From a virus (lineage: Duplodnaviria > Caudoviricetes), in IMG/VR virus record IMGVR_UViG_3300020420_000017, positions 1 to 58,788 of that record: 58,788 nucleotides of DNA; one strand, given 5' to 3'. Under the pieces are notes generated by a model that saw only the letters and a list, made by a program, of their open reading frames with translations, was not told the origin of the DNA and made no database searches. Of this stretch, positions 26,523-36,549 are shown one piece after another (position 1 is the first letter of the stretch; the number at the start of each line of letters is the position of its first letter). The position numbers and the translations under genes were made by a program.

Positions 26523-26800
26523 TTTTCTACTCCACCTAAATAATTTTCATAATCAAGTTCATCTTCTATGTGTTGCTTAGTAAGTTCTGCAGTTGGAACT
26601 TTGTTTAAATGTGTTTTATTCCAATATAATTGAGGAACTGTGCGATGTTTATTTTCCTTTAAAAAATCTTTTGCAAACAAATCATAACTTACATTTATTT
26701 CTCTAAAGCTATAATCCCATTGCGTTAGTTTACGTTTTAGTTCATGGCAATAATAACAATCATCTTGTGTGTATAAAGTTAATTTAATTGAATTGAACAT
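26501..26800 (-). CDS. Glutaredoxin
   Basis: CYYC, RTVPQ. Confidence 0.85.
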   Translation of the reverse strand: MFNSIKLTLYTQDDCYYCHELKRKLTQWDYSFREINVSYDLFAKDFLKENKHRTVPQLYWNKTHLNKVPTAELTKQHIEDELDYENYLGGVENWAVRRA

Positions 26801-27722
26801 CTGACATAACCTCCGTTAAACAAGCCACCACGTTAAGTTCGTGATCAGCTACAAATGCGTTTTTATATTGATAATCTGCAAGCAATAGAACAAGTTGTGG
26901 TATTGACTGAGGTGAAACTTTATCTTGCATTCTGTCATAAACTGCCCTGAATATTGCGCTTACATCTGTATCTATATTGTTTACTACCCAGTTTCGCATC
27001 TTTTTAAAATCTTTATTTTTTAAATAAGAGAAAAGATCATCATAATTTTTATCATTAAGCGATTGTATAATTCCCATATCGATAATGTCATTAACTGAAT
27101 ATCTTTGCAATTCATTTAATACTCTACGCCAATCAGGAGCAAACTTCATAATAAGTTCAGCAACTGCAGCTTCACCATACTTAATGTTTTCTTTCGAAAG
27201 TATAGTCATACATCTTTCCATAAACACTGTGCAAAGCTCAGCCATATTTTTCTTGCTAGTGTTGAATTCGTATACACCGCATCTTGAATGCAGTGGTTCA
27301 ATAATTCTGTTTTTAAAGTTACAAGTTAGTATGAATCTGCAGTTGTTTGCAAATTCTTCAATAAATCCACGAAGCGCCGGCTGCGTAGACTGCGGATTAA
27401 GATAATCCGCTTCATCTAGTATTACAACTTTATAGTTAGCTTGTAACGAAACTGAAGAAGCAAATTGCTTTATTTTATTTCTCAACGTATCGATGTTACC
27501 TTCTTCTGAACCATTGATTAAAATAAAGTCGCAGCCGAGCTCTGTACATAGAGCTCGGGCTACTGTCGTTTTACCTAGACCTGCCGTGCCGGTTAATAAC
27601 ATATTAGGGAGTTCACCCGACTTGACAATTTTAAGGAAGGTGTCTTTTAAGTTCTTAGGTAAAACAATATCGTTAATTGTTTTTGGCCTATATTTTTCGA
27701 CCCATAGAAACTGATCAGACAT
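26784..27722 (-). CDS. 44: Clamp loader ATPase gp44
   Basis: WVEKYRP, GTAGLGKTT, ILDEAD, HSRC. Confidence 0.95.
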   Translation of the reverse strand: MSDQFLWVEKYRPKTINDIVLPKNLKDTFLKIVKSGELPNMLLTGTAGLGKTTVARALCTELGCDFILINGSEEGNIDTLRNKIKQFASSVSLQANYKVVILDEADYLNPQSTQPALRGFIEEFANNCRFILTCNFKNRIIEPLHSRCGVYEFNTSKKNMAELCTVFMERCMTILSKENIKYGEAAVAELIMKFAPDWRRVLNELQRYSVNDIIDMGIIQSLNDKNYDDLFSYLKNKDFKKMRNWVVNNIDTDVSAIFRAVYDRMQDKVSPQSIPQLVLLLADYQYKNAFVADHELNVVACLTEVMSDVQFN

Positions 27723-27985
27723 TATTTCTTTTCTTCTGGTTTCTTTGCACTCTCATCTTTCATAGCATCTTCTTGCTGAATTGCTTCACTTATTTGAATA
27801 ATTTGAATACATTGGTCTCTTAGTCCACCGATGGTTGAAAGCTCTTCACCTTTAAAACCACCTCTTTGAGTTACAGCATCAATCACTGCTACTGTACTTC
27901 TGCTTGCTTTGTTTGCAAGATCTTTTAATTGAGTTATATTATCTGACATGTCATGCTCCGTATGTTGAAGATTTCTCAAGTGCAA
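27722..27985 (-). CDS. Hypothetical protein (start probably MSDNI)
   Basis: IDAVTQRGGFKGEEL motif; between 45 and 44. Confidence 0.65.
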   Translation of the reverse strand: MHLRNLQHTEHDMSDNITQLKDLANKASRSTVAVIDAVTQRGGFKGEELSTIGGLRDQCIQIIQISEAIQQEDAMKDESAKKPEEKK

Positions 27986-28622
27986 TCCAATATTTTATAT
28001 TGTCCATACTAAATTGCGTTACTAGTTTAGAAGATATTTCTACATCATAATCACCCGGAAGTAATTTTAAATTTGAAATATCTATTATAAAGTTAAAAAC
28101 AGCGTCCTGTTTAAACTCACCATCTATATCAATAGAAAAAGCATTTGACGTTGTGTTTTGATTTTCGACTACTGAAAGACTTAACACACCATCTTTCGCT
28201 GTTATTGATAATTCTTTATGACCAAGTGTCGATGCAGCTTTTTTTAACTTGTTAAGAGTATCATTATCAAGTTTAAACTTAACATCTGCCTCTGGCATTA
28301 TAATATCTTTTGTTGGTGACGTTAATGTTTCTGGCGCTGAATAAAAATATTTCACGCTAGACCTTCCACTTTCATCTGTGACAATAACATAGTCATCTTG
28401 AAAGTTAAGTGTTGGTCCTTGTACCAAACCCATAACACCAATAAATTCGTTTAAATCGTATATTCCAATATCTCTTGGAAAACTCTCTGCAATGTTTGCA
28501 GTAGCAACAACAGCACGCGCTTCACTTATTGTTTTAAGTGTGTTGCCTTGCTTAATCAACATGTTTTGATTTATTGCTGAAAAGTTTCGAAGAATATCGA
28601 GAGTAGTTTCACTTAATTGCAT
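27951..28622 (-). CDS. 45: Sliding clamp gp45
   Basis: LRNFSAIN, GIYDLNEF, YWIALE. Confidence 0.93.
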   Translation of the reverse strand: MQLSETTLDILRNFSAINQNMLIKQGNTLKTISEARAVVATANIAESFPRDIGIYDLNEFIGVMGLVQGPTLNFQDDYVIVTDESGRSSVKYFYSAPETLTSPTKDIIMPEADVKFKLDNDTLNKLKKAASTLGHKELSITAKDGVLSLSVVENQNTTSNAFSIDIDGEFKQDAVFNFIIDISNLKLLPGDYDVEISSKLVTQFSMDNIKYWIALEKSSTYGA

Positions 28623-28657
28623 AATAAACCTTCCTTCTTAATTATTATTATTATTAT

Positions 28658-28686
28658 ATAATACACTATTTTTAACCAAATGTACA
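28658..28686 (-). promoter_or_regulatory. Promoter for 45
   Basis: TGTACA-N17-TATTAT. Confidence 0.75.
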
Positions 28687-28689
28687 CAG

Positions 28690-30390
28690 TTATATTTTCA
28701 TTTTAGAGAAATTTCTTTCTTTTATGAATTCTATTTTTGATTGAAACTTACCATCTAATATATCGCCTTTATGAGATATTATAAAAGTGTTTGTATCATT
28801 ATCTAAAGTATTTAGTATTTTTAATAAATTTTCGATACCATCATGGTCAAGAGATGAATCAAATGTTTCATCTAATATTAACAAATTAGTTGCAACAGAA
28901 TTTTTCATCTTTGCGATTTGTCTCCAAGTAAATAGTAGAGACAAATCAATTCTTTGTTTTTCACCTTCACTAAACGAATCATAAGTAAAATCGTCTCTAT
29001 GCCTAGAACGTATAGTTTCACTAAAATTTTCATCTAGATTGAAAGAAACAAAGAAATCTAGTACTTGTAAGTATTGGTTAACAAGTTTATTGATTACCGG
29101 TAAATATTGTTTTATTATTTTTGTTTTAATGCCAGTATCTCTTAGCATTTCTGCTATAACGTTATTGTAACTGTGCTGTTCGTTTACTTTTAATTTTTCT
29201 TCAAACAACGATTCTTTGTTTGAATTCATAAGTTCTAAATCTTTTTTAGCACCAGTTAAGTCTGCCGCGACTTCACTTTCTAAATATTTTTGTAATTCTT
29301 CATTGCTTTGATTTACTGATACTATTTCTCTATTGTTTGCGTTCATTGTATCAGTTTTTTCTCTTATGCTTTTTAGAATAACTTCTAATGAATTTATTTC
29401 TCTATCAACATTGCTGCCATGAGTTTCAACCATATCTAATGTAGTCTTTATCTGATATGCTTCATTCTTAGTTTCAAATATAAGTTTATCTTTGTTTTCA
29501 ATATTTTGATCACAAGTAGGACAGACATCATTCTTTTCTAAAAACAGTCCACGTTTTGCTATAGTTTTCATTTCTTGTTTTACTTCTGCAATGTTTGCAA
29601 TAATTTTATTTTTGTCTTCTTGTAGACTTTTTAGTTTTTCTATAGCATCACTTTTTTCGAGCTCTTTACTAATATCGTTATTTTCGTCTTGTAATTTTTT
29701 TGTTCTTTCTTTACCTTTTTTAATTTGTTGTTGATACTTACTTTTATTTTCTTCAGTAACTGCAGCAATATCTCTTATGTACTTTGTTTGTTGTTCTATT
29801 TTATTTTTAATGATATTTGTTTCATTATTAATTTTATTGATCTTTTCTTTAAGAATCGCATTTCTTTCTCTCAGTAGTATATTCATTTTAGAGAATATAT
29901 TAATGTCCAGAAGATCCTCAATAACATTCCTACGATGTCCAGCATTAAGTTGCATAAAAGGTATAAAAGATGAACTTCCTAACACAACTACCTGATGGAA
30001 ACTCTTATGGTTGAGTTTCAAAATGTTTTGTTCTAGAATCTTCTGGTATTCTAGTGCATGCGATGATTGATTAATCATCACACTATCTTTCCAAATCTCA
30101 AACGTATTTGGTTTGATTCCTCTTATAATTTTAAATTGAGCTTTACCTATTTTAAATTCTACTTCAACTACAGCTTGTTTTTGATTAATAGAATTAATAA
30201 GTTGATTTTTACTAATCTTACGATGCGGCTTACCAAATAATGCAAATGATATGGCATCTAACATGGTAGATTTACCAGCACCGTTATGGCCGACAACAAG
30301 AGTTGATTTATCTTTATTAAGTTGTATTTCTGTAAAATAATTACCAGAAGATAAAAAGTTTTTATATTTAATCGATTTAAAAATTATCAT
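28690..30390 (-). CDS. 46: Recombination ATPase gp46 (Rad50-like)
   Basis: GHNGAGKS, CPTC zinc hook, FSEGEK, LDETFD. Confidence 0.95.
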   Translation of the reverse strand: MIIFKSIKYKNFLSSGNYFTEIQLNKDKSTLVVGHNGAGKSTMLDAISFALFGKPHRKISKNQLINSINQKQAVVEVEFKIGKAQFKIIRGIKPNTFEIWKDSVMINQSSHALEYQKILEQNILKLNHKSFHQVVVLGSSSFIPFMQLNAGHRRNVIEDLLDINIFSKMNILLRERNAILKEKINKINNETNIIKNKIEQQTKYIRDIAAVTEENKSKYQQQIKKGKERTKKLQDENNDISKELEKSDAIEKLKSLQEDKNKIIANIAEVKQEMKTIAKRGLFLEKNDVCPTCDQNIENKDKLIFETKNEAYQIKTTLDMVETHGSNVDREINSLEVILKSIREKTDTMNANNREIVSVNQSNEELQKYLESEVAADLTGAKKDLELMNSNKESLFEEKLKVNEQHSYNNVIAEMLRDTGIKTKIIKQYLPVINKLVNQYLQVLDFFVSFNLDENFSETIRSRHRDDFTYDSFSEGEKQRIDLSLLFTWRQIAKMKNSVATNLLILDETFDSSLDHDGIENLLKILNTLDNDTNTFIISHKGDILDGKFQSKIEFIKERNFSKMKI

Positions 30391-31445
30391 GCTATTTCAA
30401 GTGCCTGTGCTTCTGTCATTAATTCGCGCATTTGTATCTTAATTTTATCTTTATCTAAATCAGTATCAACTGCTTCAATGTAAGAATCTACTATTTCTGT
30501 TGTATCTTCAAAACTCATATCTTCATCATCAACATTTGCACCCATAAACTCATTAAAATTTTCTGCAATCTTTAATTCATATATGTCTTGGTTTTGTATA
30601 CGATCGATGAATCTATCAAAAGTAAAAGGATCAGTTTTTTCTGCAACGACAACCTTTACAAATTTTTTAGATAAATTTTTACTATAATTATTATAATCCA
30701 TTTCTTTATCATTGTACACAATTTTTTCAAATAATGTGTAATTGTTTCTTATTTTTTCTACTTCTCTAGTTTCAGTGTCAAGTATGTGAAAGTACTTTGG
30801 ATCATGAGCGTCAGACCAAAAAAATTCTAAAGGGTTACCAAGGTACCAAATATTTCCTTGTTGTGATGCAGTATGAAAATGACCTGATAGTACTTGTTCG
30901 AACTTAGAAAAAAGCTTTGCGTCCATTCCATGCGTACTTTTTATACCAAGCGCAAATTCAAATCCATTTAATTCTAAGTGTGATCCTAGCCAATCTGCTT
31001 TACAGTCTCTTATAAAGTTCATTGATTGTTCATAATTATCTGCACATATCCATGGCAATAATCCCATACTTAAAGAACCGTACTGCATTACTGTAGGTTC
31101 CATTACAATGTGGATTTCATTCATATAATGACCTAAACATTCTTTCAATGAATTAAGCTCATTAGTATTTTTAAAATAAGTATCATGATTCCCTGGTATT
31201 ATATCCATTAACATGTTTCTTTTTCTTATTTGATCTAAAAATACTCTTCTATTATGATTTAGTGCTTTAAAATTTACAAACTTACGATGATCATAATAAT
31301 CACCTAAGTGAACTATTTGTTTAACGTTTCTTTTATCACACTCTGGAAAAAATACATTAGTATAAAAGTCTTCTGCATTATCTAAAAATATTTCAGAAGA
31401 GTTTCTGATACCACAGTGAGTATCATTCAATATTGCTATCTTCAT
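30387..31445 (-). CDS. 47: Recombination nuclease gp47 (Mre11-like)
   Basis: DTHCG, LGDYYD, GNHD, SGHFH. Confidence 0.95.
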   Translation of the reverse strand: MKIAILNDTHCGIRNSSEIFLDNAEDFYTNVFFPECDKRNVKQIVHLGDYYDHRKFVNFKALNHNRRVFLDQIRKRNMLMDIIPGNHDTYFKNTNELNSLKECLGHYMNEIHIVMEPTVMQYGSLSMGLLPWICADNYEQSMNFIRDCKADWLGSHLELNGFEFALGIKSTHGMDAKLFSKFEQVLSGHFHTASQQGNIWYLGNPLEFFWSDAHDPKYFHILDTETREVEKIRNNYTLFEKIVYNDKEMDYNNYSKNLSKKFVKVVVAEKTDPFTFDRFIDRIQNQDIYELKIAENFNEFMGANVDDEDMSFEDTTEIVDSYIEAVDTDLDKDKIKIQMRELMTEAQALEIA

Positions 31446-32026
31446 TGCATAAACTCTGTTAAGTCTGAATCTGCTAATTTTACTTTTCTTTTCTTTCTTT
31501 CTTTTTTAACTATTTCTTTCATTTCATTATCAGAGCTTCTTACTCTTTCAATTCTGTTTCTTAAAGTATCAACAAAAAAAGAAGCTTGATTTTCAGCAAC
31601 TTTTTCTGTTCCGACATCAACAAAGTTTTCCACGCCTGATTTAGTTAAATACTTAAGTTTTATTTCTTGTTGTTTCTTTTCTTTAGTTATTCTACGTAAG
31701 AACGCATACCAAGTGATTTGTGTAAAGTATGCAAACGCGTTTGGTTTACCAGTTCTTGTTGCGGCTTCTAAGTTATAATTTCCTATAGCCTTTAAGCAAT
31801 TTTCTACTGCATCCATTACCATTTCTTCTCTATAGGTATACCTTATAAAGTTAGCTTTATGTGACAATCCTTCTGCTATTCTTAGAAAGCACTGTGCAAT
31901 ATAGTCTGGAACTTTTGGTATTTCTATTTGTTTCTTTCTTGATTCTTCTACTTTTTCTACATAACTGACGACAGCAGTAGAGAAATCAGAATTATTCACA
32001 TAATGAATACTTTTTTTACGTGCCAT
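31442..32026 (-). CDS. 55: Late-transcription sigma factor gp55
   Basis: HYVNN, NFIRYTYREEM, NAFAYFTQI. Confidence 0.93.
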   Translation of the reverse strand: MARKKSIHYVNNSDFSTAVVSYVEKVEESRKKQIEIPKVPDYIAQCFLRIAEGLSHKANFIRYTYREEMVMDAVENCLKAIGNYNLEAATRTGKPNAFAYFTQITWYAFLRRITKEKKQQEIKLKYLTKSGVENFVDVGTEKVAENQASFFVDTLRNRIERVRSSDNEMKEIVKKERKKRKVKLADSDLTEFMQ

Positions 32027-32045
32027 TTTTCCACCTTTTAATAAT

Positions 32046-32073
32046 ATTATACACTATTCTGTGTAAAAGTACA
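32046..32073 (-). promoter_or_regulatory. Promoter for 55
   Basis: TGTACT-N16-TATAAT. Confidence 0.65.
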
Positions 32074-32108
32074 TAGTTATTTTTTTCTCTTAGTGACGAA
32101 AAAAATTG

Positions 32109-32137
32109 TTTACAAAACTTAAAAAGTATGGTAAAAT
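32109..32137 (+). promoter_or_regulatory. Divergent plus-strand promoter
   Basis: GTTTACA-N17-TAAAAT with TGG before the -10, same family as the minus-strand promoters. Confidence 0.6.
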
Positions 32138-32168
32138 AATATAGTATATTAGGGAGAGGGAGTATGTA

Positions 32169-32672
32169 TCAATGTACAGTTTTAGGGCGAGGTTTAAATT
32201 TTATTATGTTATCACTATCTGAATCATTGTTAATCACCGGCTCTTCATTATATTGTTTTCCATATTTTTCTGCTAGAAAGTCTTCCATTTCATCATCTGT
32301 TAATTCACTTACAGCTTTCTGTATTTCATCTAAATTTTCATACGCTTTTCTTCTGTTACCATGTTTTTTTATTTCAGCATTTATTGCTCTTATTGTTGCT
32401 TTATAATATTTTAACATGTCTGGTGAAGGATTAGCAGTTACAATTACATGTGTAGCATTTAAGGATTGTAAAGTTGCTGGATCGTCTTGAAAAGATAACC
32501 ATGGTCTAAATGCAAAAAATCTAAATCCTCTAAAATAATCTTCGACAGTAATTATTTTTAAAGCTTTTTTAATTATAATCTCGTCGCTTTCTTCATCGTT
32601 TGGATAGCTGACTACCTCACAAACTATCTCGTCATTATTAGTAAGTTTTAAATGTTTAATATTTTCTGTCAT
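32169..32672 (-). CDS. Conserved hypothetical protein between uvsW and 55
   Basis: KHLKLTNNDEIVCEV N-terminus, NIIKFKP..KTVH C-terminus. Confidence 0.7.
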   Translation of the reverse strand: MTENIKHLKLTNNDEIVCEVVSYPNDEESDEIIIKKALKIITVEDYFRGFRFFAFRPWLSFQDDPATLQSLNATHVIVTANPSPDMLKYYKATIRAINAEIKKHGNRRKAYENLDEIQKAVSELTDDEMEDFLAEKYGKQYNEEPVINNDSDSDNIIKFKPRPKTVH

Positions 32673-34141
32673 AGTTTTACTTTAAAAGTTTTATGGTTAA
32701 ATTTTTCTCTTCCGTATATTCTAAGTCTTTCATCACCATGTAGTATACCATAATTTTTTCTAGACTTCCAACTTATATCATCAACAATGTCATATAACGT
32801 CGTATCTTTTCCGTCATCAGTTTTTCTTAAACCTCTACCTATACTTTGTAACACACGTATTTGAGATTTTGATGGTGAAGCAAACACTATATTATGTAAG
32901 TTCCTAATATTTATACCGGTGCTAAAAGTACCAAGTGATGCTACAACTATTGAATCTTTTTGCTTTTCAACTATTGCCCTTATACCTTCTCTATCAGATG
33001 TTGCAGTTTCTCCGGACACGAAAAAAATCTTGCGACTTTCATTCGCTTTTTCTTTTATAAGATTATATAACGGCTTACCGTGTTTATCTACATAATTATA
33101 CAAAACTAACGTGTTACCTTTTAAATCTAGAGTTAGGTTACGAATAAATTTATTTCTTCTTTGATAGTTTACTATATGCTGTATCTCGTCTTGGTAAGAC
33201 TGCTTACCAAATCCTTTTCTTATGTTATCATCATACTCTAATATTATTCTTTGTATCATTAACTTTGCAAGAGTATCGTCATCTTGAAGTTGTCTTGTAC
33301 TTGTAACTCGATATATTTTACCAAACAAACCTTGTAGCACTAACTCGTGTGTTAGTGCACCATCTAGAGTTCCTGTTGTTCCAAATCTGTATTCAGCTTC
33401 TTTACATTTATTCATAATAGTTGTAAGTGACTTAGATTTAAAACCATGGCATTCATCACCAAACACTGCACCAAATTGTTCGAACCATTGATGTTGTAAT
33501 CTATAAATTGATTGCCAAGTACTAATTAAAACTCTTTTATCGGTATTCTTATCTTTTCCGGAATATATTCTGTGACAATTATTTTCTACATCAAAACCGT
33601 AATCTTTAAAATCAGTATATAATTGTTCTACTAATGATGTCGTAGGAACTACTATTAAGACATTATCTTTATAATTTTCTAAATACCATCTGACTAAAAC
33701 ATATATTATTAATGACTTACCTGAACCGGTAGGAGATAGTAATATAGCATTTTTTCTTTGTATGCCGGTAGCAACAGCATCAAATTGGTATGGTCTTATT
33801 GTGTATGGCATATTTAAATCTTCTATGAAAGCCATAAGCATATCAACATCAATTGGATTTCCAATGTTTGGACTACCGTAATCACTTTCTAGTATTTCAA
33901 CTTCATACTCTCTTGATTCTGCAAATTTTAATATTTGTGGAAATAATCCTGCAGGTAACTCGCTAGTAATTTGATTGTATAATCTTATCTTACCGTCCCA
34001 TACACGATTCTTATATGCTGGCATAAACTTATACCCAGGCACATAAAAAGAAAAAAAGTCTCTTAGCTCTGCCTTTGTGCCGCTACCACAGTCAATTTGT
34101 ATTATTGAGTGATTTAGTTTCCTGACTCGAATTGTTTCCAT
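32669..34141 (-). CDS. uvsW: SF2 helicase UvsW
   Basis: SPTGSGKS, GDECH, GTTGT, QSIGRGLR; start at METIRV. Confidence 0.95.
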   Translation of the reverse strand: METIRVRKLNHSIIQIDCGSGTKAELRDFFSFYVPGYKFMPAYKNRVWDGKIRLYNQITSELPAGLFPQILKFAESREYEVEILESDYGSPNIGNPIDVDMLMAFIEDLNMPYTIRPYQFDAVATGIQRKNAILLSPTGSGKSLIIYVLVRWYLENYKDNVLIVVPTTSLVEQLYTDFKDYGFDVENNCHRIYSGKDKNTDKRVLISTWQSIYRLQHQWFEQFGAVFGDECHGFKSKSLTTIMNKCKEAEYRFGTTGTLDGALTHELVLQGLFGKIYRVTSTRQLQDDDTLAKLMIQRIILEYDDNIRKGFGKQSYQDEIQHIVNYQRRNKFIRNLTLDLKGNTLVLYNYVDKHGKPLYNLIKEKANESRKIFFVSGETATSDREGIRAIVEKQKDSIVVASLGTFSTGINIRNLHNIVFASPSKSQIRVLQSIGRGLRKTDDGKDTTLYDIVDDISWKSRKNYGILHGDERLRIYGREKFNHKTFKVKL

Positions 34142-34560
34142 TTTATTATATTTGATATCGTTTGATGACGCCATTTTAAGTTGTCTATTATTTCTGATAA
34201 TGTTTCTAAAACTGTTTTCCAATATTGTATTTTCTCTTCTGATTTTTGTATCTCAGGATCACTATCATAATAGTAATCCATTTCACCTTTTAATATTTTT
34301 AAACCATCAAAAGGATCAAGTTCCCATCCTTTACTCTCAATTGTTGTTCTATCCATCTTACCGTTATAGTATAACCATTTTTGTTTTAATAACATTTTTT
34401 GTTCTAATTCTACACGTTTTAATTCTAATTTAGCAGTTGACCAGTGCTGTAAATATTTAGAATGTAATATGGGAGTTTGTCTTGATGTGTGTACTAAGTC
34501 TGTTTGATTAATAACACAATCTCTTTGCCACGATTCGTGGACTTGTTTCAAATCTATCAT
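34114..34560 (-). CDS. uvsY: Recombination mediator UvsY
   Basis: LHSKYL, KWLYYNGK, ISNIIKWKQFESG. Confidence 0.88.
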   Translation of the reverse strand: MIDLKQVHESWQRDCVINQTDLVHTSRQTPILHSKYLQHWSTAKLELKRVELEQKMLLKQKWLYYNGKMDRTTIESKGWELDPFDGLKILKGEMDYYYDSDPEIQKSEEKIQYWKTVLETLSEIIDNLKWRHQTISNIIKWKQFESGN

Positions 34561-34580
34561 AATCTCTCCAATAATATATA

Positions 34581-35153
34581 TTATCTGTTTCCGATAACAT
34601 TACCTGTTACTGTGAACGACTCTGTAAAAGATCCAGTCGTTGAATTCTTTCTAAGAATATCAAAGTATGTGAATCTAAAAGATGCTCCAAAAGTTAAAAA
34701 AGAATCGCCACCGCTTGTTGTTTGAAATTGTATGTCTGTTAAAGCTACTGGTATAGCATCTCTATATTTTATTCTAATTATAGGTTGATTAGAACTATTC
34801 AATATAGACAAAGTTATATCAGCTGCTGCTGGCGGTAACGCTGCATTTTGAAATCTTTGACTGGGATTTACGTTGTCTTGATCTAAAATTCTTCTCATCC
34901 AATCATGCATCTCGGTGTATGATTTCATATCCTCATCTAATATTATATTAGCTAACATTTCGTTATAAGTTAACTTGTCACCAGGCATTGGTACTGCAGC
35001 AATTTTACGAAATGAAAGATCTGCTGAATTCATTATTACACCAGCGTGTGTAAAGTCTTGAACAAAATAATCCAAGTTAGGATAGTTTGTCCTATCTATT
35101 ATAAGTTTAAAGCCGGTTGGCTGAAGATAATTGAAGTTTGTTGTTAATGCCAT
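34581..35153 (-). CDS. 3: Tail completion / tube terminator gp3
   Basis: NYLQPTGF, PGDKLTY, LDEDMKSYTEMHDW; position after 23. Confidence 0.8.
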   Translation of the reverse strand: MALTTNFNYLQPTGFKLIIDRTNYPNLDYFVQDFTHAGVIMNSADLSFRKIAAVPMPGDKLTYNEMLANIILDEDMKSYTEMHDWMRRILDQDNVNPSQRFQNAALPPAAADITLSILNSSNQPIIRIKYRDAIPVALTDIQFQTTSGGDSFLTFGASFRFTYFDILRKNSTTGSFTESFTVTGNVIGNR

Positions 35154-35158
35154 ACTAT

Positions 35159-35166
35159 TATTTATA
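35159..35166 (-). promoter_or_regulatory. Late promoter
   Basis: TATAAATA upstream of gp3. Confidence 0.75.
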
Positions 35167-35168
35167 TC

Positions 35169-35196
35169 AAAAAAAAGAGGAGCTGTGCGCTCCTCT
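35169..35196 (-). terminator. Terminator after major capsid gene
   Basis: AGAGGAGC-N5-GCTCCTCT plus U run. Confidence 0.88.
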
Positions 35197-35214
35197 CTTA
35201 AAAAGTGCTAAGAT

Positions 35215-36540
35215 TTAGGCACCTAGAATATTATCAACTCTGAATATTCTGTAGTACTGGTTAGTCTTAACTGTAGCTAAGCCATCATGCGGACCAGAAG
35301 TTACGAATGGGTTTGACACCATGCCGTACCTAGTCTTGAATCCAATTTTTGGCTGGAAAGTATCTTCACCTACTGCTCTTACCATTGTTAGTGGTACATA
35401 AGGACAATAGAAAAGACCTGCATCGTATGGGTTAGTTCCCTTATAGCCTACGTTGATGTAGTCAGTATTTGCATACGGATCAATGTAAACTTTTACTCTG
35501 CCGTTAAGCGTACCAGCAAAAGTGTTACCTGTATCATCAACGTTTAATGTTGTTGACATTGCAGGTGTATAATCCATCATGCCAGCTGCAGCTAATGCAG
35601 ATGCTACATCAGATGAACAGATAATAAAGTTACCTTTACCTCTACGTGTCTGCTTAGCAATAATATTAGCTTCTCTTTCAATCTGAAGGATTAACCCTTT
35701 AAACTTCTCAACTGACCATCTACCATCAGCATCTGTTTGAATATTAAAGATACCATTGATAGCGGTGTTTGTTTGAAGTGCACCAGTTTTTGCCTGTGAA
35801 TTAAGAGTTCTGATTACTTCTCTATTAATTTCAGCTAAGATTTCTGTTGACAAGATGTTTGCCAATTCTGTCTCAGCGTCAAGACCGTGAATAGCTTTAA
35901 GGTCTTGAGCTAATTCTAAGCTGTATTCAGCTTTTAACGCTCTTGACTTAGCAGTTACGGTTGCTTTTTCGATAGTGAAACCCATTTCTCTGAAAGATGT
36001 CTCGCCTGAGCTACCGTGTGCCTCAGCGTTTGCTGTTGACATACCGCCGGCTGCTAGAGCTGTTAATCTTTGGTCATCTAGGTTTGAATCTTGAGCTGCT
36101 GAGTCAATGTTATTTAAACCTGATGTATTATCAGAATCGTGTGTTCCGCCACTATCGCCTGAGAATGTTGTCTCAGCTTCATTAAATAGTGCTTCTCTAT
36201 TTGATGTTGAACCTCCGCCATATCTTGACTTCATGGCAAAGATTAAGCCTGTAGGACCTGACATTGGCTGCACACCACAGACATCGTATGCCATTAAGTT
36301 TGGCATAGCACGTCTAACTAGTGCAATCAATACAGGGTTCCAATTTGCTACACTTGTTGTAGCGTTAGCTGGTGCTGCCTCTGTAATCATTCCTTCTTCT
36401 CTTAAAGCGATTTCCTGATTTTCGAGTATTGCAGCTGTAACAGCTTTTCTGTGGTGATCGGTGATTTTACCAGCAGTTTCTTCATTAAGTACTGGTGCCC
36501 ACTTTTCAACCAACCTGTCGTAAGATACTGTATTTTGCAT
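35215..36540 (-). CDS. 23: Major capsid protein gp23
   Basis: GVQPMSGPTGLIFAM, SRALKAEYSLELAQDLKAIHGLDAE, FQPKIGFKTRYG. Confidence 0.98.
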   Translation of the reverse strand: MQNTVSYDRLVEKWAPVLNEETAGKITDHHRKAVTAAILENQEIALREEGMITEAAPANATTSVANWNPVLIALVRRAMPNLMAYDVCGVQPMSGPTGLIFAMKSRYGGGSTSNREALFNEAETTFSGDSGGTHDSDNTSGLNNIDSAAQDSNLDDQRLTALAAGGMSTANAEAHGSSGETSFREMGFTIEKATVTAKSRALKAEYSLELAQDLKAIHGLDAETELANILSTEILAEINREVIRTLNSQAKTGALQTNTAINGIFNIQTDADGRWSVEKFKGLILQIEREANIIAKQTRRGKGNFIICSSDVASALAAAGMMDYTPAMSTTLNVDDTGNTFAGTLNGRVKVYIDPYANTDYINVGYKGTNPYDAGLFYCPYVPLTMVRAVGEDTFQPKIGFKTRYGMVSNPFVTSGPHDGLATVKTNQYYRIFRVDNILGA

Positions 36541-36549
36541 CTGTACCCC

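Noticed and set aside
28640-28660. (ATT)n microsatellite
   Set aside because: Short low-complexity run in an AT-rich leader; no evidence of function.
32164-32406. 80-aa plus-strand ORF with promoter and SD-like G-run
   Set aside because: Same shadow register as other spurious antisense ORFs and composition mirrors the opposite gene; kept only as an alternative reading of the promoter/G-cluster finding.
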